Shown: positions 1 to 14,059 of the stretch, in pieces
How the letters are laid out: each line of letters starts with the position of its first letter
Numbering within the stretch: the stretch's first letter is position 1
NCBI RefSeq assembly: GCF_039654945.1
Contig: NW_027361825.1
Span: forward strand, 21,204,001-21,268,000
DNA: 64,000 nucleotides
Source: Dendrobates tinctorius
Taxonomy: Eukaryota
Direction of reading: 5' to 3'
Made by a program: the position numbers and the translations under genes
The notes under the pieces: model-generated
Told to the model about the DNA's origin: nothing
Databases searched by the model: none
Seen by the model: the letters and a program-made list of their open reading frames with translations, nothing else

Positions 1-3000
1 CAGCTCTGGAGTATAATACAAAAGGTAACTCAGGATCAGTACAGGATCAGTAATGTATTGTATGTACACAGTGACTGCACCAGCAGAATAGTGAGTGAAG
101 CTCTGGAGTATAATACAGGATGTAACTCAGGATCAGTAATGTAATGTATGCACACAGTGATTCCACCAGCAGAATAGTGAGGGCAGCTCTGGAGTATAAT
201 ACAAAATGTAACTCAGGATCAGTAATGTATTGTATGTACACAGTGACTGCACCAGCAGAATAGTGAGTGCAGCTCTGGAGTATAATACAGGATGTAACTC
301 AGGATCAGTAATGTAATGTATGCACACAGTGACTCCACCAGCAGAATAGTGAGTGCAGCTCTGGAGTATAAGACAAAATGTAACTCAGGATCAGTAATGT
401 AATGTATGTACACAGTGATTCCACCAGCAGAATAGTGAGGGCAGCTCTGGAGTATAATACAAAATGTAACTCAGGATCAGTAATGTAATGTATGTACACA
501 GTGATTCCACCAGCAGAATAGTGAGGGCAGCTCTGGAGTATAATACAAAATGTAACTCAAGATCAGTACAGGATCAGTAATGTATTGTATGTACATAGTG
601 ACTGCACCAGCAGAATAGTGAGTGCAGCTCTGGAGTATAATACAGGATGTAACTCAGGATCAGTAATGTATTGTATGTACACAGTGACTGCACCATCAGA
701 ATAGTGAGTGAAGCTCTGGAGTATAATACAGGATGTAACTCAGGATCAGTAATGTATGTACACAGTGACTCCACCAGCAGAATAGTGAGTGCAGCTCTGG
801 AGTATGATACAAAATGTAACTCAGGATCAGTACAGGATCAGTAATGTATTGTATGTACACAGTGACTGCACCAGCAGAATAGTGAGTGCAGCTCTGGAGT
901 ATAATACAGGATGTAACTCAGGATCAGTAATGCAATGTATGTACACAGTGACTCCACCAGCAGAATAGTGAGTGCAGCTCTGGAGTATGATACAAAATGT
1001 AACTCAGGATCAGTACAGGATCAGTAATGTATTGTATGCACACAGTGACTGCACCAGCAGAATAGTGAGTGCAGCTCTGGAGTATAAGACAAAATGTAAC
1101 TCAGGATCAGTAATGTATTGTATGTACACAGTGACTGCACCATCAGAATAGTGAGTGCAGCTCTGGAGTATAATACAGGATGTAACTCAGGATCAGTAAT
1201 GTATGTACACAGTGACTGCACCAGCAGAATAGTGAGTGCAGCTCTGGAGTATAATACAGGATGTAACTCAGGATCAGTAATGTATGTACACAGTGACTGC
1301 ACCAGCAGAATAGTGAGTGCAGCTCTGGAGTATAAGACAAAATTTAACTCAGGATCAGTAATGTATTGTATGTACACAGTGACTGCACCATCAGAATAGT
1401 GAGTGAAGCTCTGGAGTATAATACAGGATGTAACTCAGGATCAGTACAGGATCAGTAATGTAATGTATGTACACAGTGACTCCACCAACAGAATAATGAG
1501 TGCAGCTCTGGAGTATAATACAAAATGTAACTCAGGATCAGTACAGGATCAGTAATGTATTGTATGTACACAGTGACTGCATCAGCAGAATAGTGAGTGC
1601 AGCTCTGGAGTATAATACAGGCTGTAACTCCTGTACAGGATCAGTAATGTATGTACACAGTGACTGCACCAGCAGAATAGTGAGTGCAGCTCTGGAGTAT
1701 AATACAGAATGTAACTCAGGATCAGTAATGTAATGTATGTACACAGTGTCTGCACCCACCAGCAGAATAGTGAGTGCAGCTCTGGAGTATAAGACAAAAT
1801 GTAACTCAGGATCAGTAATGTATTGTATGTACACAGTGACTGCACCAGCAGAATAGTGAGTGAAGCTCTGGAGTATAATACAGGATGTAACTCAGGATCA
1901 GTAATGTATGTACACAGTGACTGCACCAGCAGAATAGTGAGTGCAGCTCTGGAGTATAATACAGGATGTAACTCAGGATCAGTAATGTATGTACACAGTG
2001 ACTGCACCAGCAGAATAGTGAGTGCAGCTCTGGAGTATAAGACAAAATTTAACTCAGGATCAGTAATGTATTGTATGTACACAGTGACTGCACCATCAGA
2101 ATAGTGAGTGAAGCTCTGGAGTATAATACAGGATGTAACTCAGGATCAGTACAGGATCAGTAATGTAATGTATGTACACAGTGACTCCACCAACAGAATA
2201 ATGAGTGCAGCTCTGGAGTATAATACAAAATGTAACTCAGGATCAGTACAGGATCAGTAATGTATTGTATGTACACAGTGACTGCATCAGCAGAATAGTG
2301 AGTGCAGCTCTGGAGTATAATACAGGCTGTAACTCCTGTACAGGATCAGTAATGTATGTACACAGTGACTGCACCAGCAGAATAGTGAGTGCAGCTCTGG
2401 AGTATAATACAGAATGTAACTCAGGATCAGTAATGTAATGTATGTACACAGTGTCTGCACCCACCAGCAGAATAGTGAGTGCAGCTCTGGAGTATAAGAC
2501 AAAATGTAACTCAGGATCAGTAATGTATTGTATGTACACAGTGACTGCACCAGCAGAATAGTGAGTGAAGCTCTGGAGTATAATACAGGATGTAACTCAG
2601 GATCAGTAATGTAATGTATGTATACAGTGACTCCACCAGCAGAATAGTGAGTGCAGCTCTGGAGTATAAGACAAAATGTAACTCAGGATCAGTAATGTAT
2701 TGTATGTACACAGTGACTGCACCAGCAGAATAGTGAGTGCAGCTCTGGAGTATGATACAAAATGTAACTCAGGATCAGTACAGGATCAGTAATGTATTGT
2801 ATGTACACAGTGACTGCACCAGCAGAATAGTGAGTGCAGCTCTGGAGTATAATACAGGATGTAACTCAGGATCAGTACAGGATCAGTAATGTAATGTATG
2901 CACACAGTGACTGCACCAGCAGAATAGTGAGTGCAGCTCTGGAGTATGATACAAAATGTAACTCAGGATCAGTACAGGATCAGTAATGTATTGTATGTAC

Positions 3001-6000
3001 ACAGTGACTGCACCAGCAGAATAGTGAGTGCAGCTCTGGAGTATAATACAGGATGTAACTCAGGATCAGTAATGCAATGTATGTACACAGTGACTCCACC
3101 AGCAGAATAATGAGTGCAGCTCTGGAGTATAAGACAAAATGTAACTCAGGATCAGTAATGTATTGTATGTACACAGTGACTGCACCATCAGAATAGTGAG
3201 TGAAGCTCTGGAGTATAATACAGGATGTAACTCAGGATCAGTAATGTAATGTATGTACACAGTGACTCCACCAGCAGAATAGTGAGTGCAGCTCTGGAGT
3301 ATAATACAGGAGGTAACTCAGGATCAGTACAGGATCAGTAATGTAATGTATGCACACAGTGACTGCACCAGCAGAATAGTGAGTGCAGCTCTGGGGTATA
3401 ATACAGGATGTAACTCAGGATCAGTAATGTATTGTATGTACACAGTGACTCCACCAGCAGAATAATGAGTGCAGCTCTGGAGTATAAGACAAAATGTAAC
3501 TCAGGATCAGTAATTTATTGTATGTACACAGTGACTGCACCATCAGAATAGTGAGTGAAGCTCTGGAGTATAATACAGGATGTAACTCAGGATCAGTAAT
3601 GTATGTACACAGTGACTCCACCAGCAGAATAGTGAGTGCAGCTCTGGAGTATAATACAGGAGGTAACTCAGGATCAGTACAGGATCAGTAATGTATGTAC
3701 ACAGTGACTGCACCAGCAGAATAGTGAGTGCAGCTCTGGAGTATAATACAGGATGTAACTCAGGATCAGTAATGTATGTACACAGTGTCTGCACCAGCAG
3801 AATAGTGAGTGCAGCTCTGGAGTATAATACAAAATGTAACTCAGGATCAGTAATGTATGTACACAGTGACTGCACCAGCAGAATAGTGAGTGAAGTTCTG
3901 GAGTATAATACAGGATGTAACTCAGGATCAGTAATGTAAAGTATGTACACAGTGACTCCACCAGCAGAATAGTGAGTGCAGCTCTGGAGTATAATACAAA
4001 AGGTAACTCAGGATCAGTACAGGATCAGTAATGTATTGTATGTACACAGTGACTGCACCAGCAGAATAGTGAGTGAAGCTCTGGAGTATAATACAGGATG
4101 TAAATCAGGATCAGTAATGTATGTACACAGTGACTCCACCAGCAGAATAATGAGTGCAGCTCTGGAGTATAATACAAAATGTAACTCAGGATCAGTACAG
4201 GATCAGTAATGTATTGTATGTACACAGTGACTGCACCAGCAGAATAGTGAGTGAAGTTCTGGAGTATAATACAGGATGTAACTCAGGATCAGTAATGTAT
4301 GTACACAGTGACTCCACCAGCAGAATAATGAGTGCAGCTCTGGAGTATAAGACAAAATGTAACTCAGGATCAGTAATGTATTGTATGTACACAGTGACTG
4401 CACCAGCAGAATAGTGAGTGAAGCTCTGGAGTATAATACAGGATGTAACTCAGGATCAGTAATGTAATGTATGTACACAGTGACTCCACCAGCAGAATAG
4501 TGAGGGCAGCTCTGGAGTATAATACAAAATGTAACTCAGGATCAGTAATGTATTGTATGTACACAGTGACTGCACCAGCAGAATAGTGAGTGCAGCTCTG
4601 GAGTATAATACAGGATGTAACTCAGGATCAGTAATGTAATGTATGTACACAGTGACTCCACCAGCAGAATAGTGAGTGAAGCTCTGGAGTATAATACAGG
4701 ATGTAACTCAGGATCAGTAATGTAATGTATGTACACAGTGACTCCACCAGCAGAATAGTGAGTGCAGCTCTGGAGTATGATACAAAATGTAACTCAGGAT
4801 CAGTACAGGATCAGTAATGTATTGTATGTACACAGTGACTGCACCAGCAGAATAGTGAGTGCAGCTCTGGAGTATAATACAGGATGTAACTCAGGATCAG
4901 TAATGCAATGTATGTACACAGTGACTCCACCAGCAGAATAATGAGTGCAGCTCTGGAGTATAAGACAAAATGTAACTCAGGATCAGTAATGTATTGTATG
5001 TACACAGTGACTGCACCATCAGAATAGTGAGTGAAGCTCTGGAGTATAATACAGGATGTAACTCAGGATCAGTAATGTAATGTATGTACACAGTGACTCC
5101 ACCAGCAGAATAGTGAGTGCAGCTCTGGAGTATAATACAGGAGGTAACTCAGGATCAGTACAGGATCAGTAATGTAATGTATGGACACAGTGACTGCACC
5201 AGCAGAATAGTGAGTGCAGCTCTGGGGTATAATACAGGATGTAACTCAGGATCAGTAATGTAATGTATGTACACAGTGACTCCACCAGCAGAATAGTGAG
5301 TGAAGCTCTGGAGTATAATACAGGATGTAACTCAGGATCAGTAATGTAATGTATGTACACAGTGACTCCACCAGCAGAATAGTGAGTGCAGCTCTGGAGT
5401 ATGATACAAAATGTAACTCAGGATCAGTAATGTATTGTATGTACACAGTGACTGCACCAGCAGAATAGTGAGTGCAGCTCTGGAGTATAATACAGGATGT
5501 AACTCAGGATCAGTAATGTAATGTATGTACACAGTGACTCCACCAGCAGAATAATGAGTGCAGCTCTGGAGTATAAGACAAAATGTAACTCAGGATCAGT
5601 AATGTATTGTATGTACACAGTGACTGCACCAGCAGAATAGTGAGTGCAGCTCTGGAGTATAATACAGGATGTAACTCAGGATCAGTAATGTAATGTATGT
5701 ACACAGTGACTCCACCAGCAGAATAGTGAGTGAAGCTCTGGAGTATAATACAGGATGTAACTCAGGATCAGTAATGTAATGTATGTACACAGTGACTCCA
5801 CCAGCAGAATAGTGAGTGCAGCTCTGGAGTATGATACAAAATGTAACTCAGGATCAGTACAGGATCAGTAATGTATTGTATGTACACAGTGACTGCACCA
5901 GCAGAATAGTGAGTGCAGCTCTGGAGTATAATACAGGATGTAACTCAGGATCAGTAATGCAATGTATGTACACAGTGACTCCACCAGCAGAATAATGAGT

Positions 6001-9000
6001 GCAGCTCTGGAGTATAAGACAAAATGTAACTCAGGATCAGTAATGTATTGTATGTACACAGTGACTGCACCATCAGAATAGTGAGTGAAGCTCTGGAGTA
6101 TAATACAGGATGTAACTCAGGATCAGTAATGTAATGTATGTACACAGTGACTCCACCAGCAGAATAGTGAGTGCAGCTCTGGAGTATAATACAGGAGGTA
6201 ACTCAGGATCAGTACAGGATCAGTAATGTAATGTATGGACACAGTGACTGCACCAGCAGAATAGTGAGTGCAGCTCTGGGGTATAATACAGGATGTAACT
6301 CAGGATCAGTAATGTAATGTATGTACACAGTGACTCCACCAGCAGAATAGTGAGTGAAGCTCTGGAGTATAATACAGGATGTAACTCAGGATCAGTAATG
6401 TATTGTATGTACACAGTGACTGCACCAGCAGAATAGTGAGTGCAGCTCTGGAGTATGATACAAAATGTAACTCAGGATCAGTACAGGATCAGTAATGTAT
6501 TGTATGTACACAGTGACTGCACCAGCAGAATAGTGAGTGCAGCTCTGGAGTATAATACAGGATGTAACTCAGGATCAGTACAGGATCAGTAATGTAATGT
6601 ATGCACACAGTGACTGCACCAGCAGAATAGTGAGTGCAGCTCTGGAGTATGATACAAAATGTAACTCAGGATCAGTACAGGATCAGTAATGTATTGTATG
6701 TACACAGTGACTGCACCAGCAGAATAGTGAGTGCAGCTCTGGAGTATAATACAGGATGTAACTCAGGATCAGTAATGCAATGTATGTACACAGTGACTCC
6801 ACCAGCAGAATAATGAGTGCAGCTCTGGAGTATAAGACAAAATGTAACTCAGGATCAGTAATGTATTGTATGTACACAGTGACTGCACCATCAGAATAGT
6901 GAGTGAAGCTCTGGAGTATAATACAGGATGTAACTCAGGATCAGTAATGTAATGTATGTACACAGTGACTCCACCAGCAGAATAGTGAGTGCAGCTCTGG
7001 AGTATAATACAGGAGGTAACTCAGGATCAGTACAGGATCAGTAATGTAATGTATGCACACAGTGACTGCACCAGCAGAATAGTGAGTGCAGCTCTGGGGT
7101 ATAATACAGGATGTAACTCAGGATCAGTAATGTATTGTATGTACACAGTGACTCCACCAGCAGAATAATGAGTGCAGCTCTGGAGTATAAGACAAAATGT
7201 AACTCAGGATCAGTAATTTATTGTATGTACACAGTGACTGCACCATCAGAATAGTGAGTGAAGCTCTGGAGTATAATACAGGATGTAACTCAGGATCAGT
7301 AATGTATGTACACAGTGACTCCACCAGCAGAATAGTGAGTGCAGCTCTGGAGTATAATACAGGAGGTAACTCAGGATCAGTACAGGATCAGTAATGTATG
7401 TACACAGTGACTGCACCAGCAGAATAGTGAGTGCAGCTCTGGAGTATAATACAGGATGTAACTCAGGATCAGTAATGTATGTACACAGTGTCTGCACCAG
7501 CAGAATAGTGAGTGCAGCTCTGGAGTATAATACAAAATGTAACTCAGGATCAGTAATGTATGTACACAGTGACTGCACCAGCAGAATAGTGAGTGAAGTT
7601 CTGGAGTATAATACAGGATGTAACTCAGGATCAGTAATGTAAAGTATGTACACAGTGACTCCACCAGCAGAATAGTGAGTGCAGCTCTGGAGTATAATAC
7701 AAAAGGTAACTCAGGATCAGTACAGGATCAGTAATGTATTGTATGTACACAGTGACTGCACCAGCAGAATAGTGAGTGAAGCTCTGGAGTATAATACAGG
7801 ATGTAAATCAGGATCAGTAATGTATGTACACAGTGACTCCACCAGCAGAATAATGAGTGCAGCTCTGGAGTATAATACAAAATGTAACTCAGGATCAGTA
7901 CAGGATCAGTAATGTATTGTATGTACACAGTGACTGCACCAGCAGAATAGTGAGTGAAGTTCTGGAGTATAATACAGGATGTAACTCAGGATCAGTAATG
8001 TATGTACACAGTGACTCCACCAGCAGAATAATGAGTGCAGCTCTGGAGTATAAGACAAAATGTAACTCAGGATCAGTAATGTATTGTATGTACACAGTGA
8101 CTGCACCAGCAGAATAGTGAGTGAAGCTCTGGAGTATAATACAGGATGTAACTCAGGATCAGTAATGTAATGTATGTACACAGTGACTCCACCAGCAGAA
8201 TAGTGAGGGCAGCTCTGGAGTATAATACAAAATGTAACTCAGGATCAGTAATGTATTGTATGTACACAGTGACTGCACCAGCAGAATAGTGAGTGCAGCT
8301 CTGGAGTATAATACAGGATGTAACTCAGGATCAGTAATGTAATGTATGTACACAGTGACTCCACCAGCAGAATAGTGAGTGAAGCTCTGGAGTATAATAC
8401 AGGATGTAACTCAGGATCAGTAATGTAATGTATGTACACAGTGACTCCACCAGCAGAATAGTGAGTGCAGCTCTGGAGTATGATACAAAATGTAACTCAG
8501 GATCAGTACAGGATCAGTAATGTATTGTATGTACACAGTGACTGCACCAGCAGAATAGTGAGTGCAGCTCTGGAGTATAATACAGGATGTAACTCAGGAT
8601 CAGTAATGCAATGTATGTACACAGTGACTCCACCAGCAGAATAATGAGTGCAGCTCTGGAGTATAAGACAAAATGTAACTCAGGATCAGTAATGTATTGT
8701 ATGTACACAGTGACTGCACCATCAGAATAGTGAGTGAAGCTCTGGAGTATAATACAGGATGTAACTCAGGATCAGTAATGTAATGTATGTACACAGTGAC
8801 TCCACCAGCAGAATAGTGAGTGCAGCTCTGGAGTATAATACAGGAGGTAACTCAGGATCAGTACAGGATCAGTAATGTAATGTATGGACACAGTGACTGC
8901 ACCAGCAGAATAGTGAGTGCAGCTCTGGGGTATAATACAGGATGTAACTCAGGATCAGTAATGTAATGTATGTACACAGTGACTCCACCAGCAGAATAGT

Positions 9001-11549
9001 GAGTGAAGCTCTGGAGTATAATACAGGATGTAACTCAGGATCAGTAATGTAATGTATGTACACAGTGACTCCACCAGCAGAATAGTGAGTGCAGCTCTGG
9101 AGTATGATACAAAATGTAACTCAGGATCAGTAATGTATTGTATGTACACAGTGACTGCACCAGCAGAATAGTGAGTGCAGCTCTGGAGTATAATACAGGA
9201 TGTAACTCAGGATCAGTAATGTAATGTATGTACACAGTGACTCCACCAGCAGAATAATGAGTGCAGCTCTGGAGTATAAGACAAAATGTAACTCAGGATC
9301 AGTAATGTATTGTATGTACACAGTGACTGCACCAGCAGAATAGTGAGTGCAGCTCTGGAGTATAATACAGGATGTAACTCAGGATCAGTAATGTAATGTA
9401 TGTACACAGTGACTCCACCAGCAGAATAGTGAGTGAAGCTCTGGAGTATAATACAGGATGTAACTCAGGATCAGTAATGTAATGTATGTACACAGTGACT
9501 CCACCAGCAGAATAGTGAGTGCAGCTCTGGAGTATGATACAAAATGTAACTCAGGATCAGTACAGGATCAGTAATGTATTGTATGTACACAGTGACTGCA
9601 CCAGCAGAATAGTGAGTGCAGCTCTGGAGTATAATACAGGATGTAACTCAGGATCAGTAATGCAATGTATGTACACAGTGACTCCACCAGCAGAATAATG
9701 AGTGCAGCTCTGGAGTATAAGACAAAATGTAACTCAGGATCAGTAATGTATTGTATGTACACAGTGACTGCACCATCAGAATAGTGAGTGAAGCTCTGGA
9801 GTATAATACAGGATGTAACTCAGGATCAGTAATGTAATGTATGTACACAGTGACTCCACCAGCAGAATAGTGAGTGCAGCTCTGGAGTATAATACAGGAG
9901 GTAACTCAGGATCAGTACAGGATCAGTAATGTAATGTATGGACACAGTGACTGCACCAGCAGAATAGTGAGTGCAGCTCTGGGGTATAATACAGGATGTA
10001 ACTCAGGATCAGTAATGTAATGTATGTACACAGTGACTCCACCAGCAGAATAGTGAGTGAAGCTCTGGAGTATAATACAGGATGTAACTCAGGATCAGTA
10101 ATGTAATGTATGTACACAGTGACTCCACCAGCAGAATAGTGAGTGCAGCTCTGGAGTATGATACAAAATGTAACTCAGGATCAGTAATGTATTGTATGTA
10201 CACAGTGACTGCACCAGCAGAATAGTGAGTGCAGCTCTGGAGTATAATACAGGATGTAACTCAGGATCAGTAATGTAATGTATGTACACAGTGACTCCAC
10301 CAGCAGAATAATGAGTGCAGCTCTGGAGTATAAGACAAAATGTAACTCAGGATCAGTAATGTATTGTATGTACACAGTGACTGCACCAGCAGAATAGTGA
10401 GTGCAGCTCTGGAGTATAATACAGGATGTAACTCAGGATCTGTAATGTAATGTATGTACACAGTGACTCCACCAGCAGAATAGTGAGTGAAGCTCTGGAG
10501 TATAATACAGGATGTAACTCAGGATCAGTAATGTAATGTATGTACACAGTGACTCCACCAGCAGAATAGTGAGTGCAGCTCTGGAGTATGATACAAAATG
10601 TAACTCAGGATCAGTACAGGATCAGTAATGTATTGTATGTACACAGTGACTGCACCAGCAGAATAGTGAGTGCAGCTCTGGAGTATAATACAGGATGTAA
10701 CTCAGGATCAGTAATGCAATGTATGTACACAGTGACTCCACCAGCAGAATAATGAGTGCAGCTCTGGAGTATAAGACAAAATGTAACTCAGGATCAGTAA
10801 TGTATTGTATGTACACAGTGACTGCACCATCAGAATAGTGAGTGAAGCTCTGGAGTATAATACAGGATGTAACTCAGGATCAGTAATGTAATGTATGTAC
10901 ACAGTGACTCCACCAGCAGAATAGTGAGTGCAGCTCTGGAGTATAATACAGGAGGTAACTCAGGATCAGTACAGGATCAGTAATGTAATGTATGGACACA
11001 GTGACTGCACCAGCAGAATAGTGAGTGCAGCTCTGGGGTATAATACAGGATGTAACTCAGGATCAGTAATGTAATGTATGTACACAGTGACTCCACCAGC
11101 AGAATAGTGAGTGAAGCTCTGGAGTATAATACAGGATGTAACTCAGGATCAGTAATGTAATGTATGTACACAGTGACTCCACCAGCAGAATAGTGAGTGC
11201 AGCTCTGGAGTATGATACAAAATGTAACTCAGGATCAGTAATGTATTGTATGTACACAGTGACTGCACCAGCAGAATAGTGAGTGCAGCTCTGGAGTATA
11301 ATACAGGATGTAACTCAGGATCAGTAATGTAATGTATGTACACAGTGACTCCACCAGCAGAATAATGAGTGCAGCTCTGGAGTATAAGACAAAATGTAAC
11401 TCAGGATCAGTAATGTATTGTATGTACACAGTGACTGCACCAGCAGAATAGTGAGTGCAGCTCTGGAGTATAATACAGGATGTAACTCAGGATCAGTAAT
11501 GTAATGTATGTACACAGTGACTCCACCAGCAGAATAGTGAGTGAAGCTC
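1..11549. repeat. 86-bp tandem satellite array (81/86/97-bp monomer variants) with higher-order repeats; runs off the left edge
   Basis: Monomer CAGCTCTGGAGTATAATACAGGATGTAACTCAGGATCAGTAATGTAATGTATGTACACAGTGACTGCACCAGCAGAATAGTGAGTG repeats continuously until ...GTGAAGCTC at ~11549. ORF track recurs at 86-bp offsets. Confidence 0.98.
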
Positions 11550-11891
11550 AAAACCATGGAGAAAGCCTTGCTCTCTTCCTGAAGATGGACCTATAGTTCT
11601 TGGCTATGACCAACCTTCATAGTGTACAGTTTGCTGCTGGCAATCAGTGCACACAGAAGTTGTGATAACCTCAGTGTTGGCCGCTATTACTACTTCACAT
11701 GGGTACGGTAATATGTTTCACTGACTATTTTCAGTGTGACCCCAGGGAGATCCTGTGTGTGTCCGCTTTCCACCAGGACTACGTTATGTTCCTGCAGATT
11801 GTGTCCATCTCCTGGTATAAAGCATATTGCCTTCTTGCCGTTGCTGAGACGTACACAAGCACACTTGCGGTGTGTCCAGTGGAGGGTTTAA

Positions 11892-12264
11892 GGCTGAGTG
11901 CAGACGGACTTTTTAGCCCTGCGGATTTTTCTGCGCAGAATGGAAGAAATCCGCAGGTCAAATGACCTGCATTTTTCCTGCGGATTTCTTCCATTTTTCC
12001 TGCGGTTTTCTTGCGATTTTCCACTGCGGATTCCCCCCTGCGGATTTGGAGATAGGGGAGGTGGAAAACAGCACAAAAGAAGTAACATGCTGCGGATTTT
12101 GTACCGCAGGAAAACCGCGCGGAAAAATCTGCAGCGTCTGCACAGCGGTTTTTTTTTCCCATTGATTTTAAGGCTACTGTACATCACAATGTGGATATGC
12201 AGTGTTTCTGCGCGGAAAAATCCGCTGCGCATCCGCTAGATATCCGCATCGTGTGCTCACAGCC
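11892..12264. mobile_element. PIF/Harbinger-type MITE inserted in pseudo-MRPS12 exon 3
   Basis: TIRs GGCTGAGTGCAGACG / CGTGTGCTCACAGCC, flanked by TAA/TTA. MRPS12 homology resumes on both sides. Confidence 0.8.
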
Positions 12265-12966
12265 TTAGGCTTACGAATCAAAACAACGCCTTTAAACTGA
12301 GAGGTTCCATCCAAAGCACCCAGTTAGGGTGGTTGGGTCTTGACAGTCATCTCGTGCTAGACAATGTCACGCCGGTGGCATATGGCAAGGATCTGTCACT
12401 ACTCACTGATCGGCAGTGGACTGATTGATGTGACCACTACCTATTCCTACAGTGAAGCGTTGAGAAAATTGTGTCCTTTTTGGGGTCTCTGCTCAGCTTT
12501 CTACAATCAGCCACGTCTTGGAGGAGAAGTAAGCTACTTCCTCCAACAGGATGCTGGGAAGTGTATTCCAATGTGGTTATTTTACTGGGACTCCTGTCAC
12601 ACTCTCTGGTGCGGTGGGACAGACACAGAAGGGATCTAGTGCTGCGACAGGGCGGACCCTATGGGTGACACAAGAAATTAGCCCCATGCGAACCTATATG
12701 GTCGACAAGGAGCTGATGGCAGACAGATCTTGATCTAGAAACTAAAGACCTACTACTAAACTGAGCAAGACCATGCACGAAAAAAAAAAAATCAACCTAC
12801 CCTATCTCCAAGGCAAGAAGACGAAGCTCTGATTTCCTTCAAAAGACATGTAAGGTCAGAGAGACATCACCTGCAAGAGATAAACTCACTTCAGTGTAAA
12901 TAATCACACACCGTGAACAGGCGAACCACAGCACACAGCAAAATCTGGAGCTCCCCTACAACATAA

Positions 12967-13301
12967 GGGTGAGTGCACACAGTGCGGATTCAGTTGCAGA
13001 TTTTTACGCACAGATTTGCAGGTAAATCCGCAGGTAAAAATGACCTGCGGTTCACCTGCAGATTTGCCTGCAATTTGCCCCTGTGTTTTGACACCTGTAC
13101 AATGGAACAGGTGTCAAACTGCTGCAGAATCCGCAGAAAGAATTGACATGCTTCGGATTTAAAACCGCAGAAAAATCTGCAGCATGTGTACTGTGGTTTT
13201 TAAAAACCATTGGTTAACATTATACTGTACATTGCTTGCGGAACTGCAGCAGATCCACAGAGGCGGATCCGCAGCAAAATCCGCACCGTGTGCACACACC
13301 C
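12967..13301. mobile_element. PIF/Harbinger-type MITE
   Basis: GGGTGAGTGCACAC...GTGTGCACACACCC with TAA target duplication on both sides; absent from the paralogous intron at ~32810. Confidence 0.85.
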
Positions 13302-14059
13302 TAAGAGTAGGATTATTTCTCCTGCACAGTGCCGCTCCCAGCCACCGGTTTGGTGGTCTTTACCTATCCCAGAAGTGGTGACCTCCTGTTCTTCAGTGGT
13401 CAGGTGGCCGATCATCGCCTCCTGTCAGTGAGCAATGACTGGCTGCATCGGAAGTCCTGGTGGACCTTGTTGGGTCAGCAATGTCTGGAGCAGTCACATA
13501 CCGGCACTTGCTGCTAACTGCAGTGACCAGAGCTTGCTCCGATCGATGCTGATTTAAATGCTGCTGTCTATCACTGAGCAGCTTTTGTACGGCTTCTTTG
13601 CATGGTGCAATCATTCTGGCGATCATGAAATCGCAGGGGCTCCTGAAGGGTTGGCATGCCTGTGACGGGGCTACGTATGAGAGTAGACATTTTTCCTATA
13701 TACTGCAAAATTCTAATGCTATCATATACAACCACAGAAAACAAAAAATTTTTAATCAAAATATTAAAGTGTGTAATCACTTTTTCTCCAAATAAAAAAA
13801 AAAACAGAAAAAATATTTATCCAAATTTAAGATTATTTAAAAAAATATATATATATATTTCCAAATGGCCAGTTTCGTTTGCTGCTGCTAAAAAAAATGC
13901 AATAAAAAGTAATCAAAACATCGTTTGTGGCCCAAAACCGTAGTAATAGAAAAAAAAAAAAAAACTATAGCTCGGCGATCAAAAGCTCCAGCAACAGAAA
14001 AATTGTAGGTTTCAGAATATGGAGTAAAAAAAAATTATTTTTTTCCCTACACAAACTCC

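Larger units (their letters stand above)
11570..13950 (-). pseudogene. MRPS12: Unprocessed (duplicated) MRPS12 pseudogene with 3'UTR, exon 3, intron, exon 2 and part of intron 1
   Basis: Minus strand 11687-11870 reads [59 protein letters not shown], versus [60 protein letters not shown] in the functional gene. Exon-2 copy 12801-12870 (ATG at 12849) reads MSFEGNQSFVFLPWR* (TGG>TAG). Intron sequence is colinear with 32240-33870. A MITE interrupts exon 3 and the exon-3 acceptor region is deleted. Confidence 0.93.

Noticed and set aside
1-11549. Hammerhead ribozyme in the satellite, as in newt satellite 2
   Set aside because: No CUGANGA plus GAAA core on either strand of the monomer.
1-11557. 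Dozens of 64-166 aa ORFs (MYIQYITDPELH...) and a superficially CRISPR-like periodicity
   Set aside because: Translation artefacts of the 86-bp tandem repeat; no unique spacers, no cas genes, eukaryotic context.
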